Source of the DNA: Haliotis rubra
Taxonomy: Eukaryota
DNA length: 64,000 bases
Reading direction: 5' to 3'
NCBI RefSeq assembly: GCF_003918875.1
Contig: NW_025767561.1
Span: 186,001-250,000 of the forward strand
Shown: positions 25,001-38,691 of the stretch, piece by piece
Layout: each line of letters opens with the position of its first letter
Position numbering within the stretch: the stretch's first letter is position 1
Program-made: the position numbers and the translations under genes
The notes under the pieces: model-generated
Told to the model about the DNA's origin: nothing
The model's database searches: none
What the model saw: the letters and a program-made list of their open reading frames with translations, nothing else

Positions 25001-26899
25001 TTGAAAGAATATTATCAAACATTAATCTAGTAACTTTTGATCCCTAGAGAGTATTAATCTGCATCTGTTTTCATCTTATGTTATTTCTCTCTGTTATCAT
25101 AACTATTAGGATTTTGGGACTTGGATAACTTGGATTTGTAAAGCATGAGTTACAGAATGAAAGGAAGAATGTCACTACAAAGGCTGAACTTGATAGAGAA
25201 TCACAGTGTGCTGTAAGGTTGGCTAGAGTATTGATGCCCAGCTTTTCCTTGGTAAAAAAGACTCCCAGTTGCCATAACTTCTTTCCTGTCACCACTTTAA
25301 TTGATACAGCTAATAAAGTTAATTAATTACAACAAGATGATGGCTCTTAGAGTGAGTTACACAATACAACTTGGGCACTATCTGTTCACCAACCTTCCTT
25401 ACATGTGGCAAAGTGGGAGTGCATGAAGTGTGATAGCAAGGACCTAATCCCCTGTCAAGAACGCAATCTGTAATGAAAACCTCCCTGGTATATCACAGAC
25501 TGGGATGTCTCAGGGATGTGTAATTGTTACCAACTGAAGAACACAGTTGTTACTGTCACCAGACATGGTGGGCTCCTGATGGCGTGGCTCACTGCCAACT
25601 GGGCCAGGTACATGTGCTGTATACATGGCCACAGGATGCAGGTACCTCTGTTTCACTGTGACAGCCAGTCAACTGACTTAGTGTTTTCACCAGTTTCGGA
25701 TCACTTTAAGCTTCAACATCATGACAGTACATTTTAACTTCATGAAGGCTCCATATAAGTCACCTTTGTAATGGCAAGCACAGTAGCAATAAATATTTCC
25801 AAGAACATCGCAAATAAGGGTAACAAAAAAGGGTAAAATGATTGGATGCCAAATTGTTAAAATATTAGGACTATCAAGGATGATATGTCAGTAACCCCTT
25901 ATGATAAATCATATGTATCTTCAGTACTTCTAAGTTCTTTTGGGGTTGGACTATTAGCAGAATGTACTATATCACAGAAAGTTTTTTTTGGTACGCTGCA
26001 TGATGCATGACCTGTTCTTGAGTGAGATGTGATGAGAATGGGATATGCCTTGTTGATGTAACTCTAGCTGGCCTGGATTGTCATTAGTGTCACCATATTG
26101 GGGCTGAGGTAGTCCCTGGAAGGCTGCCAACCAGGCAGGGCTTGGTACATGTGCAGAGTCTGGCCACTGTCAATTACTCCCAGGCTGTGGGAAACTGTCA
26201 CAACCTTCACACTCATCTCTGCAGCATCAGAATTACTCATAGAGGTATACTTAAATATTCTTCTTGAGAATTAAACTTTCAGTGTAAAGTTTTTAGTTGT
26301 GAGTTTTGGTATGTATGATTGATGTAAATTTCATAGATTAGAACAATGCAGAGAGTGACACACGTCCAGGAGATTTCAGTCAGAAGTTATTTTGTTATGC
26401 TGGAAATATACATACCTTTATGAATTGAAAACAGATTTTATCACATAATACTCGCTTTGTTCATAATTTTGGTCACTGGTGACTTGGTCATCAAAGACAC
26501 TGCAATCCTCTGTGTAGAAACAACTTTCAAATCCTCTTCCTTTATTACATCATTTCTATAAACCCTGTAGTTTTTTTGCAATCCCACAAAACTAATCTTC
26601 AGAATTTTCAACAGAAGTCCTTTTCACTGTCAACTAGTAACAACTAGTGGGTGAGGTGATATTACTGCCAATCAGCATCTTGCTCTTCAGTTTCTTTCAA
26701 GGTGGGAAAACCACTCTTTTTCATTTGTGTGTTTTCACCCGTGTCAATGCCTCCCGCTTTATGGAGATTTTTGAACAGCCCTTCTGAATCAGTAGACTGC
26801 CATGAAATCTAATGGGTTTTACATTATTTCCATCAAAGCAGACAGCTTAAACAGCAACAATGTTAACAAACAAAGAATAATTTCCCGCTAAAGAGGTTA

Positions 26900-27322
26900 A
26901 CCACACTGGGTACAACAATGGCACCCTTCCACCAATACGTCTGTATGACCACCCCACACAGCCTCCAGCATGTGTCCGTCTTGTTGTCAAAGTAGAGGCT
27001 GGCCACCCTGGGTACAACAATGGCACCCTTCCACCAATACGTCTGTATGACCACCCCACACAGCCTCCAGCATGTGTCCGTCTTGTTGTCAAAGTAGAGG
27101 CCGGCCACACTGGGTACAACAATGGCACGTTTCCACCAATACGTCTGTATGACCACCCCACACAGCCTCCAGCATGTGTCCGTCTTGTTGTCAAAGTAGA
27201 GGCTGGCCACCCTGGGTACAACAATGGCACCCTTCCACCAATACGTCTGTATGACCATCCCACACAGCCTCCAGCTTGTGTCTTGTCTTGTTGTCAAAGT
27301 AGAGGCTGGCCACCCTGGGTAC
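26900..27322. repeat. Tandem repeat, 102-bp unit, about 4 copies
   Basis: GGGTACAACAATGGCAC recurs every 102 bp. Confidence 0.95.
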
Positions 27323-27695
27323 ATGGGTCAACTAAGTCAGTGAGCCTGACCACCTGATCCCATTAGTCCAGAAGTGATGTCATAACTGTAGGTATATAGA
27401 TAGACAAGAAATAGAAATATCATAGATGGTTTTAATACATTGTACAAGGAACTAGTTCATAGTGTGAAATGAATGTCAGATCTTTTACAAACTGTTGAAT
27501 TAGCGTTTTGTCAGTTATGATTAGATGTTAGTTACATTATTGTTAAAACACGAATATGGCTTCAATTTGCCTGTGTCAAATCCTTTTGTTGTTTACCTTT
27601 ATTGGACTAAAAGTGAATGAGAGATATCTTTTACAGCGCTATTACATCACAGACTTTTACCATGGTTTAACCTTGACCCATCTCTCAATTGCTGT

Positions 27696-27879
27696 ATGGT
27701 CAAACACCGTTGTGTCAGTGTCTGATGGTCAAACACCGTTGTGTCAATGTCTGATGGTCAAACACCGTTGTGTCAATGTCTGATGGTCAAACACTGTTGT
27801 GTCAATGTCTGATGGTCAAACACCGGTGTGTCAATGTCTGATGGTCAAACACTGTTGTGTCAATGTCTGATGGTCAAAC
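27696..27879. repeat. Minisatellite, 29-bp unit, about 6 copies
   Basis: TCTGATGGTCAAACACCGTTGTGTCAATG. Confidence 0.95.
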
Positions 27880-29496
27880 TTATGGCTGCCTCAAAGTATT
27901 AGTTTGGTCCTTTGTGGTCCTCCTTCAGTCATCATTTTTCCTTGTTCAAACCTCAGTTAACTTGAAGTATTGAGGTTGGTTCCTTCAACTTTAACGCATT
28001 TGACTGTATATAGACACTGCTGAGACTCCTTTTTCATGGATTGTTCTCTCAATTTACATCTGTGATAATATAGAGAATATGTTTTTGATAAACCTCATGA
28101 TCACATACCCTTCCTTTTTTAACATAATAATATGTTCATTTTATTTTTTTAACCATAAATTATATCCTAACATTAATACACTTGGATTCACTTATCCTTG
28201 ACTGGCAACCAATTTTGGCATTTTCATTTAAGGAAAAATCAAGGCATGAATATATAGGCTAACTGATTATACTGAGTGATTGATCAAAGAATCCACTACA
28301 CTACAATTTGTCAGTCATCATATTGATAAGTGTCTTGTGGAAGATTCCTTGAAAAATGTAGATATTTTGGAGTTTGTGAACTACTTTACTATGTGTTGGT
28401 GTAAAAGTTGTACTTTTGGTGTGCTTTGTGAATATGTGTACTACTGTCTACCCCCCCCTCCCCCCCCCCCCTCCACGTCCTCTCCTAGTCACCTCCTCTA
28501 AAGTCTCCCAGGGAGGAACATACATCTTGCAATCTCCCAATTAGTGACATCCTATCTGGGCAAAGTGATATAGTCACGAAAATATACATGAGACAGGCAT
28601 GCATGTGTCATGCATTAACAAGACGCTGATGACTGTCATCCAAGATACAGAGGCGTCACACTCCAATGCATTAACATCCTCAGGTGAACTTTTTATGTCA
28701 GTTTTTGTCTTGTGTCATGTACTTGTGAGGAACTTATCTACCATGCAGATTGTGTTTCCTGTGCCGCCGACTCTGCCCCTTCATCCCCACCAGCGTATAT
28801 TTCCATGGTATTCTGACATCTGCTGGGGTTTGTGAACATGCTGCTTCAGTTTTACATCTTCTCATGTCAGGACCAGCATATAGGTGGTGATTATGTAATT
28901 TTGGTGATGATGATACCATCAACACTGATCAAGTTTTCTTGTGAGGTAGATGCATCTACTGATGGTGTCCACATATTTTAAAAGGCAATGTTCCCCTATG
29001 TACCAAGAGGAGCAGCCGGTAACAGTAAACACATTCTGGGAATACATGGGCAGTTGTGAAACCTAAAACATGCATGGCTTGTTGGACACAATAGTCAAGA
29101 ATACATCTGAAATATCAGATCTCTGATCCTGTATTCCACTTTAAAGAAAATTCATTTTAAATAATATATTTTAAGAATAAATCTCAGTTCTGAAAGCGTA
29201 TTTGTTCAAAATGAGGGACATACCCTGGGATTTGTATGTATCCTGTGTGTGGACTGCAAAACACAACATGAAGGACATTTTGAAAATGCACTTGTGATTA
29301 GACAGAGCTTCCAAAGTATACCGCAAAGCCCATTGCCCTGAACTGCAAACATAAAAAGTATTATACAGAATGAAAGGGTTCAGTTGGTCCTGTCTTGTGA
29401 AATTTTGTTTTGTAAAAAGCATGTTCCTGTTTACATGATGAGGAGAAATGGCTGTTGGATACATCATAGCACATGCAATTATCAACATAGCATGGA

Positions 29497-29664
29497 CTGA
29501 CTGACTGACTGAGTTTGGTTTTACGCCGCTTTTAGCAATATTCCAGCAACATCACGGCGGGGGACACCAGAAATGGGCTTCAAACATTGTGCCCATGTGG
29601 GGATTCGAACCCGGGTCTTCGGCGTGACGAGCCAACGCTTTAACCATTAGGCTACCCCACCGCC
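29497..29664 (-). mobile_element. Young full-length tRNA-derived SINE
   Basis: A box TAGCCTAATGG, B box GGTTCGAATCC, body GAAGCCCATTTCTGGTGTCCC, (AGTC)n tail, and perfect 14-bp TSD CAACATAGCATGGA at 29483-29496 and 29665-29678. Confidence 0.92.
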
Positions 29665-29852
29665 CAACATAGCATGGAACTTCTCAACTATATATCTATA
29701 AATTTTTGTGTACAAGAAAAGTGTAAATTGACACAAGAAATAAAAACAGATAATTTTTTAGTTAAGAGCTCGAACTTACAGTTGTAGAACAATGTGCTAC
29801 TGAGACATAGTACATGAATCAAGTTTCAACTTGAAACTTTACATAACTTTAC

Positions 29853-30621
29853 ATACTTACAGGACTTTACCACAGAAACATTGACATATGTACAGAACTT
29901 TACCACAGAAATTCTGACATATCTACAGAACTTTACCACGGAAACATTGACATATGTACAGAACTTTACCACAGAAACATTGACATATGTACAGAACTTT
30001 ACCACAGAAACATTGACATATGTACAGAACTTTACCACAGAAACATTGACATATGTACAGAACTTGATCACAGAAACATTGACATATGTACAGAACTTTA
30101 CCATGGAAATTTTGACATATGTACAGAACTTTATCACGGAAACATTGACATATGTACAGAACTTTACCACAGAAACATTGACATATGTACAGAACTTTAC
30201 CACAGAAACATTGACATATGTACAGAACTTTACCACAGAAACATTGAAATATGTACAGAACTTTACCACAGAAACATTGACATATGTACAGAACTTTACC
30301 ATGGAAACATTGACATATGTACAGAATTTTACCACAGAAACATTGACATATGTACAGAACTTTACCACAGAAACATTGACATATGTACAGAACTTTACCA
30401 CAGAAACATTGACATATGTACAGAACTTTATCACGGAAACATTGACATATGTACAGAACTTTACCATGGAAATTTTGACATATGTACAGAACTTTACCAC
30501 GGAAACATTGACATATGTACAGAACTTTACCACAGAAACATTGACATATGTACACAACTTTACCATGAACATTGACATATGTACACAACTTTACCATGGA
30601 AACATTTACACATACAGAACT
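29853..30621. repeat. Minisatellite, 33-bp unit, about 23 copies
   Basis: ACAGAAACATTGACATATGTACAGAACTTTACC. Confidence 0.97.
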
Positions 30622-31177
30622 TCATGAAAACACTACACACAAAATTAATGTGCAGAATTACCACAGAATCTAACATGCACAGAACTTCACTGCTGCACTG
30701 TAAAAGGGTTGTCATTTTGTTTGTGATGCTGCTTATTAGATGACCAGAGGAACATCATACTTCAGTTACATTTAAATAATGTATGTTATTCATGATGTTC
30801 TTGAAGCTTTACGATGGGGTCTGGTCGCTATGTATTTACGATGTCTATGACCTATACCCCACACATCCAGTTCATAGAAGAGTCAAGTTGGAGGAAATGT
30901 AATCCAAGTGCTGGACCGTCAGCATGCAGTCATGGTATAATGACAAGCAAGAAGAGACAGACCAAAGTGTATTGTGCCTTGTTTCAAGCACTGAGAACCC
31001 TGCTGAACCAGCACCCCTTTCATGTTAGTCGTCTTGGGACAGAGAAGATGCCACCTCCACAAGGCTTTGGCAGTTCCTCTGTAATTCAGTTGATGTAACC
31101 TCTTTGTTAGATTGTGCTAATGTGTATACAAGCTGTTTGTTACATATTGTATCAACATAAATGTCATAATCTTTCAG

Positions 31178-31266
31178 GCTGACAAGGAATTTGTGTGGTC
31201 ATTATGGAAACGGCTGCAGGTATCCAATCCAGATGTGACGGAGGCAATATCACTTGTCATTCAGAG
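31178..31266 (+). CDS. CNTLN: Centlein coding exon (ADKEFVWSLWKRLQVSNPDVTEAISLVIQ(R))
   Basis: ctttcag|GCT...AG|GTACTC. ADKEFVWSLWKRLQV.NPD is the hallmark centlein N-terminal motif. Confidence 0.95.
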
Positions 31267-31547
31267 GTACTCACTTGCAGCCTTACTTCACACTTTATGG
31301 TTCACTTTCACACACTCAAATATATATATGTTATTAAATATAATTCAGTTGAAACCTTTTTGTTTGATGATGTTCAAAAATGAACAGTATATCAACTTCC
31401 CATATTTGATATTTAATTTTCAACTATGTTTGTTGCTGAAAACTAGCAGCAGTATCAAAGACAGCTCTGAAAGACCATTTCAGAGTATATGTTTAAACTT
31501 TTTAGTAAGTCATTAAGATTAATTGATGCGTATCCTGAACTGTGCAG

Positions 31548-31676
31548 GGAGAAGGAGAAGTCAGAGGCCAAAGACCTCAAGGTTCTGGAGATCCTGCAGA
31601 TCAAGGATGACCGTATTGAAGAGCTCCAGAACATTGTAGCCAAACAGTCGCAGGAAATCAGTGACCTGCTCACTAA
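31548..31676 (+). CDS. CNTLN: Centlein coding exon (EKEKSEAKDLKVLEILQIKDDRIEELQNIVAKQSQEISDLLT(K))
   Basis: tgtgcag|G...AA|GTGAGT, phase 2 in and out. Matches centlein EKQKSEAKDRKVLEILQVKD. Confidence 0.95.
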
Positions 31677-31787
31677 GTGAGTTCAGCACCCAGTCCCTAA
31701 ACAGTAGAGTAAACCTTTGTGCACATCTCAGACAATATTCAGTCTGATGTTCCTGCTGATCAAATGTTTCCATTTCACAAATAAACA

Positions 31788-32409
31788 TAAGGTCTTACTA
31801 TTACTATGGAAGAGACTGAATAAGGTCTTACTATACTGTGGAAGTGATTCAATAAGGTCTTACTATTACTATGGAAGAGACTGAATAAGGTCTTACTATA
31901 CTGTGGAAGTGATTCAATAAGGTCTTACTATTACTATGGAAGAGACTGAATAAGGTCTTACTATACTGTGGAAGTGATTCAATAAGGTCTTACTATTACC
32001 ATGGAAGTGATTGAATAAGGTCTTACTATTACTATGGAAGTGATTGAATAAGGTCTTACTATTACTATGGAAGTGAATGAATAAGGTCTTACTATTACTG
32101 TGGAAGTGATTGAATAAGGTCTTACTATTACTATGGAAGTTACTGAATAAGGTCTTACTATTACTATGGAAGTGATTGAATAAGGTCTTACTATTACTAT
32201 GGAAGTGATTGAATAAGGTCTTACTATTACTATGGAAGTGATTTGATAAGGTTCTACTATTACTATGGAAGTGATTGAATAAGGTCTTACTATTACTATG
32301 GAAGTGATTGAATAAGGTCTTACTATTACTATGGAAGTGACTGAATAAGGTCTTACTATTACCACGGAAGTGACTGAATAAGGTCTTACTATTGCTGTTA
32401 AAGTGACTG
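31788..32409. repeat. Minisatellite, 33-bp unit (first copies alternate 33/32 bp), about 19 copies
   Basis: TAAGGTCTTACTATTACTATGGAAGTGATTGAA. Confidence 0.97.
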
Positions 32410-32678
32410 GAGCTTTTGGAAGAAAACTGGAGCACCTTTCATTAGTGACAAATATAATGACAGACATTGTTGATCAGCTATGCAGGGTAAATGATTTTAT
32501 CAGAATTTTTGCTAACATGAGCCTCCATAGTGTAGGTAAAGTAAGACTGTAGTCATGTTGTAGTAGTGAAGCACTTCTGAAGCAGTGACACTATTGATGA
32601 TGATACAATCTTGAAGTGTCCCTGTTGTCCAGCCATGCAGCATATGTGGTATCAGTACTGCTGTCGTTCTGTTTTCAG

Positions 32679-32763
32679 GAAGGTCGACCTCCAGGAACAG
32701 AGCGGCAGGTTCCAGGCAGAATGTGACCAGCTCCAAGATAGACTGTCCACATCACAGGCCCAG
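32679..32763 (+). CDS. CNTLN: Centlein coding exon (KVDLQEQSGRFQAECDQLQDRLSTSQAQ)
   Basis: gttttcag|G...CAG|GTAAAG, phase 2 in and phase 0 out, coiled-coil composition. Confidence 0.88.
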
Positions 32764-33000
32764 GTAAAGATCACTGAGCCCAGTATCGTGCACATGTCTG
32801 TCTGATGGTTGTAGTTAGTTGAGGAATAATCCATTTATTATATTTCAAGTTGGTCAGTTATGGTAGTCAGTTATCATGTTGTAGAGTTCTCTAAAACCTT
32901 CTTCGACAGTATTTTTTCAGCTGCCATTGACTCGTTTATGACAATTTGATGGGCAATCTTGCCTCCCAGGTTTTGTATCATATCGATGATAAATAGGATT

Positions 33001-33232
33001 GTTTGTTGTTGTTTGCTGCACTCAGCAATGTTCACGCTATATAGAAGTGGTCATAAATACCTGAGCCTGAACCAGACAATCCAGTGATCAGCAGCATGAG
33101 CATCGATCTATCCAAATGGGTTACAATACATGTCAACCAAGTCAGCGTGCCTGACCATCTGACCCCGTTAATCAACTCTTATGACAAGCATGGGTTGCTG
33201 AAGACCAATTCTAACCCAGATCTTCACGGGTC
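33001..33232 (-). mobile_element. SINE with Nin-type central domain
   Basis: Reverse complement has GACCCGTGAAGATC...ACCCATGCTTGTCATAAGAG...; same family as 15076-15305. Confidence 0.75.
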
Positions 33233-36200
33233 ATGTATGTGAAGTACCATATTTAACTGTAGATAGGCTGTATTTTGAGGACAAGAAAAACCTTTCTGTA
33301 GAAAGTGGTCGGCCTATGTTAAGGTTGTACTTTCATGAAGCTATTTTTCTGTGGTGAAAAATCTACATCATATAGCTTCAGGTGAGCTAACCAGAGATAA
33401 CAACTGTGCCAAGTGGTGATTTACCATTTCTGTTGTACCAGGTATTGTTTTATATACAAGACAGTATGGTTTGATGTACCTCAGTAATGTTGATACTGGA
33501 AACAAACCAATTTCAGTCAAAGTAGAACTTGTTGCCATGAAAATGCAAATATTATTTTATGCAGAAATAACTATCAATAAACTAGTTCACCACCAGACCA
33601 ATCTACGTCCCAAATTTGGTGAAGGAACATTGAATGGTTTTAAAGTTCAGCACCGGAAAAGGCGAATGGAGTCCATTGTAATATCCCCCTGCAAAACATG
33701 TGCCGGTGGATGCAGTGAATTGGGGGGTGGGTAGGGTGGGGTAAAAGATTTATTTATTTGCTGATTTTACTAAATGCTTTAAAACAATTATGATTATAAC
33801 CAGAGTTATGCATTACCACTTATTGTGTAGTGTCAGATATGATGTTCATGTGGTCTAGCTGTTTCAATTAGAAATCAGTATGTTGTCATGTAATCATGCA
33901 GATTACAACAAATAGGACTTTTAACGAGTCAAAGTATGTCTTTCATGATATATGTTTCCATTTTCTGTCAACTAAATTGTTCAGTTTCAAGGTGTCAGTA
34001 GATGTAAAAATGATGATGGTTGCTATGAATAATGCTACAGTGTGTAGTAAAGCAGACCCTATAGAACTGGGTGAATGGAAGATGTAGGTATGGGGCAGAC
34101 ACATGATTTCACCACACTTGATATTGACACTATTGAAGAAAATTTTGAGGATGACAAATACAAGCCCAGATATACAATGAACACTTTTTTCCAGACAATG
34201 TAATGGCAGGATTGCACAAGTCAATACAAATATGTTAATATTCTTTTTCTGATGACTGATCACGATGAGGTTATGTAGGTAGGTTTGTGGTATGGCTTAT
34301 GTACCAGACATGCAGTTCTGATACAGACTTCAAGGGCATGCAAAATGTAGGTGAATAGTAAAGTGCATGCAGTTACATACACTCCTGCAAAGGGCACAGT
34401 AAGATTCAGTCAGGATGGGTATGCTATGTTATTACTAAAGGATGTTTTGGTAATATGTTTGTATGAAGATTACTTGACTATCCAAAGTCAAAATATGTAT
34501 TTGTGCTGGGAAAATGGTGTTTATTTGTTTAACTGGAGCATCAGATAAAGCTTACAATCAGCTCCCCTGATTGGACTGATGAGGTCACATACTCTGTCAG
34601 CTGTATGGTTTCAGTGGTCACTGTGAACATTGATATCGGCTTTATTGTATATGAAACTCCTTGACTTTGTAATAATAATTCAATGAGTGTAGCCTGCCTG
34701 TGTTAGGCCTGGAATAATCTCTACTGTATTTGGAGACCTCAAGGACTCAATACCCAATAACACTGACTTGATGAAGAATTAGTCTGAAATGAACTGATTT
34801 CAAATCACATCACCAGGTTTTATTTTTCTACTGAATGAAATAAATCTGTTTAAATTTCATATTCTTCTATCATGAGTGTTGTGCACTTGACATCAAAAGT
34901 TAGATGCTTTCACGCATAGCTGCTCCACCTTTGATTTTTCCATATCAATTTTTGTGAAGAACTTTATGTTCCTTTCACATGAATGTGACCCTCTCTAACA
35001 TGTAAATCTGATCCCACGATCCAATCAGTGGCTCACTTGATTGTATACACATTGATTCCACTCCCATTTGGGGATAAGTTCTAGTTGTGGAAGCCAAGTA
35101 CAGCTTTTGAATGTTTGACCTACACTGGTCACATGGGGTGCTGTGTGTTTGTCTTGTGTGAAGCAACAGCGAACAACCATGTCATGTTTCATGTGGAACC
35201 AAGATAATGTCTGCAGATACTCAGATTGAGAACCAAATCAGATTTTTGTGATTGTTTTATCAAATGTTGTAAATTAGATGCGGACAGAAAAAACTTAAGT
35301 GGACCTAGTATCACAATAGATCAATATCTGATTGGTCATTAACTTGGCAGGATTAGGCGATTAATTAGTTCTGGATGTCCCGATGTGGTGCTATGGGGCA
35401 GACGGCTGTAATAATAACACTCTGCCATTGATCCAGCTTGCTGCTGCTGCTGCTGTCCCATGACGGGTAGTCATAATGCTGAGGAGGAGGTGTTCCCAAA
35501 TTCAATTATTAAATAATGAAGTCACATTCCCGTTCCCCTGTCATATGTAGCATGCAAAACCCAGGACATGTTCTGTCATTTGTCACGATATTCCACCAGC
35601 GACTAACCTGAGTGGCTGCGTCCTGGCCAGATTAATTCATTCATAAGTGATGTAGTCCTATCTGGGATGCTTGTTGCTCCAACTTTATGGGTCTGTCCCT
35701 GTGGATCCATAATGGCTACTGAACCCGTCTGCCGCCATCTAAAATTGGTGACCTCACTCAACATCGCTCAAAGGTCACTACATCAAGGGGTCTTGCAGAT
35801 TTTTGTACTCTCTCATTTCTCTGACTTTGAATATGATTTGTAGAGAAAATATATGACAGATTTATAGATTTAGTTGCATGTGTCTTTGGGTGACAGATTT
35901 AAATTTGATTAAAAGAAATGAGTATTTGTGTCTGATTTCAACTTGCTATGGGATATTCAGAGATGAAAAATAGCTGCCTAATAGTTTTTATGTTAGATTT
36001 TTCAACTTGCATCATTTTGAACATTAGAAAGCAGTTGAAGCTAATATCACTCATGAGTCAGAAACAGGATTACAGAGTGATTGAGAGTTGGAATATTATC
36101 AGACATGAAAGATAATATATTCATGTGCCAGATGAATATTCTCCAAGCAAGCAAAACCAGGGCTAGCAGGCCTGGGCCATATGGTTTATTGTGAGAGAGT

Positions 36201-36339
36201 CCCAACTTTATTCTCAAGATTCTTAGACTTACATAATGCAGTAAACCTGTTACATACAAAGTGGATGAGAGAGCAGTTGCTGGTGACCATGTCATCAAGG
36301 CACTACGGTCTACAGTGCAGAGTTGCATCTAATAGGTGT

Positions 36340-36512
36340 TCCAAAATCTTGTGATTGACGGTTCAAATCCCAGCTTTGCCTTGTTTTTGTTTTTGTCAGT
36401 ACCACAGTGGTAAGATGTAAGACTGGCATCACTTCTGGTTTTCCCCTCTCTTCAAATTGTCATGATATTACTGAAACACTGCTCAAAGTGGTGTTTAACC
36501 AACTCTCACTGC
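36340..36512 (+). mobile_element. Degenerate tRNA-SINE remnant
   Basis: GGTTCAAATCCC B box, CACTTCTGGTTTTCCC and ATGATATTACTGAAACACTGCTCAAAGTGG tail-like blocks. Confidence 0.45.
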
Positions 36513-36643
36513 ACTGTAAGAAAGAGAACATGCAGTTTCCTGTCACAATATTTTGATCTGGGTATAGCAGAATACAACTGCCGCTCTGAGCCAGCTGACC
36601 ACTGATAGTGAAGTAGCTAGCTTGTATTCACTGTTGTGCCCAC

Positions 36644-38207
36644 GGTAACAACATGTGGAACATCCATGTATGCCAGCAGACCAGCCCTGTGTCCAGACTC
36701 TCCATGTCCTGATTCACTGTCTGGTCAATTGCCCCCGCTGTGTGTAAGGGTAACAACATGTGGATCATTCATGTATGCCAGCAGACCAGCCCTGTGTCCA
36801 GACTCTCCATGTCCTGATTCACTGTCTGGTCAATTGCCCCCGCTGTGTGTAAGGGTAACAACATGTGGATCATTCATGTATGCCAGCAGACCAGCCCTGT
36901 GTCCAGACTCTCCATGTCCTGATTCACTGTCTGGTGAATTGCCCCCGCTGTGTGTAAGGGTAACAACATGTGGATCATCCATGTATGCCAGCAGACCAGC
37001 CCTGTGTCCAGACTCTCCATGTCCTGATTCACTGTCTGGTCAATTGCCCCCGCTGTGTGTAAGGGTAACAACATGTGGATCATTCATGTATGCCAGCAGA
37101 CCAGCCCTGTGTCCAGACTCTCCATGTCCTGATTCACTGTCTGGTCAATTGCCCCCGCTGTGTGTAAGGGTAACAACATGTGGATCATCCATGTATGCCA
37201 GCAGACCAGCCCTGTGTCCAGACACTCCATGTCCTGATTCACTGTCTGGTCAATTGCCCCCGCTGTGTGTAAGGGTAACAACATGTGGATCATCCATGTA
37301 TGCCAGCAGACCAGCCCTGTGTCCAGACACTCCATGTCCTGATTCACTGTCTGGTCAATTGCCCCCGCTGTGTGTAAGGGTAACAACATGTGGATCATCC
37401 ATGTATGCCAGCAGACCAGCCCTGTGTCCAGACACTCCATGTCCTGATTCACTGTCTGGTCAATTGCCCCCGCTGTGTGTAAGGGTAACAACATGTGGAT
37501 CATCCATGTATGCCAGCAGACCAGCCCTGTGTCCAGACTCTCCATGTCCTGATTCACTGTCTGGTCAATTGCCCCCGCTGTGTGTAAGGGTAACAACATG
37601 TGGATCATCCATGTATGCCAGCAGACCAGCCCTGTGTCCAGACTCTCCATGTCCTGATTCACTGTCTGGTCAATTGCCCCCGCTGTGTGTAAGGGTAACA
37701 ACATGTGGATCATCCATGTATGCCAGCAGACCAGCCCTGTGTCCAGACTCTCCATGTCCTGATTCACTGTCTGGTCAATTGCCCCCAGCAGACCAGCCCT
37801 GTGTGTAAGGGTAACAACATGTGGATCATCCATGTATGCCAGCAGACCAGCCCTGTGTCCAGACTCTCCATGTCCTGATTCACTGTCTGGTCAATTGCCC
37901 CGCTGTGTGTAAGGGTAACAACATGTGGATCATTCATGTATGCCAGCAGACCAGCCCTGTGTCCAGACTCTCCATGTCCTGATTCACTGTCTGGTCAATT
38001 GCCCCCGCTGTGTGTAAGGGTAACAACATGTGGATCATTCATGTATGCCAGCAGACCAGCCCTGTGTCCAGACTCTCCATGTCCTGATTCACTGTCTGGT
38101 CAATTGCCCCCTCTGTGTGTAAGGGTAACAACATGTGGATCATTCATGTATGCCACCAGACCAGCCCTGTGTCCAGACTCTCCATGTCCTGATTCACTGT
38201 CTGGTCA
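36644..38207. repeat. Tandem repeat, 105-bp unit, about 15 highly similar copies
   Basis: GGTAACAACATGTGGATCATCCATGTATGCCAGCAGACCAGCCCTGTGTCCAGAC...CTGTGTGTAAG. Confidence 0.97.
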
Positions 38208-38691
38208 GCTTTCCCTCTTGTAGCCTCTCCTCTTCCACTTGAGAATGACATTCAAGTGGTCAGTCGGTCAGCTAAGTGGACATGATACCTTGGGGAGTCT
38301 CTTTACATGGTTATCAGATATCAGTTGTCACTCGACTAAGCATATGCTATCTTAATGAATTTGTTGAAATACATCTATATGTATTCATTTTCTTTGAACA
38401 GCTTATGATTGTTAGTGTTGACAGAATTGTGGTATATACTGTAACTGTTTGTTCATCTTTTCTAAGATCAAGGTGGAACGTGAGGTGAGAGGATTTGTTA
38501 GCTGTACCTAACTAACATTGGTGCAGTTGTCAATGTTTTCAAATCTGTGCATGATCCTTTGTTGCGACACAGACTGATGTCTTCCTTCCTCTGTCACTGC
38601 AGGAAGTAGTTGTCAGCTAACCTATTGTGTTACTGATCATGGAAAGTTGAAGGCATTTGATATCTTTACCTTTTGTGGGTAATTGAGTTAA

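Noticed and set aside
28450-29100. Additional DIRS-like 5' remnant
   Set aside because: Composition is suggestive but no diagnostic motif could be read.
29590-29664. tRNA gene
   Set aside because: The tRNA-like head continues into a SINE body and tail with a TSD; it is a SINE. Same for 63503-63575.
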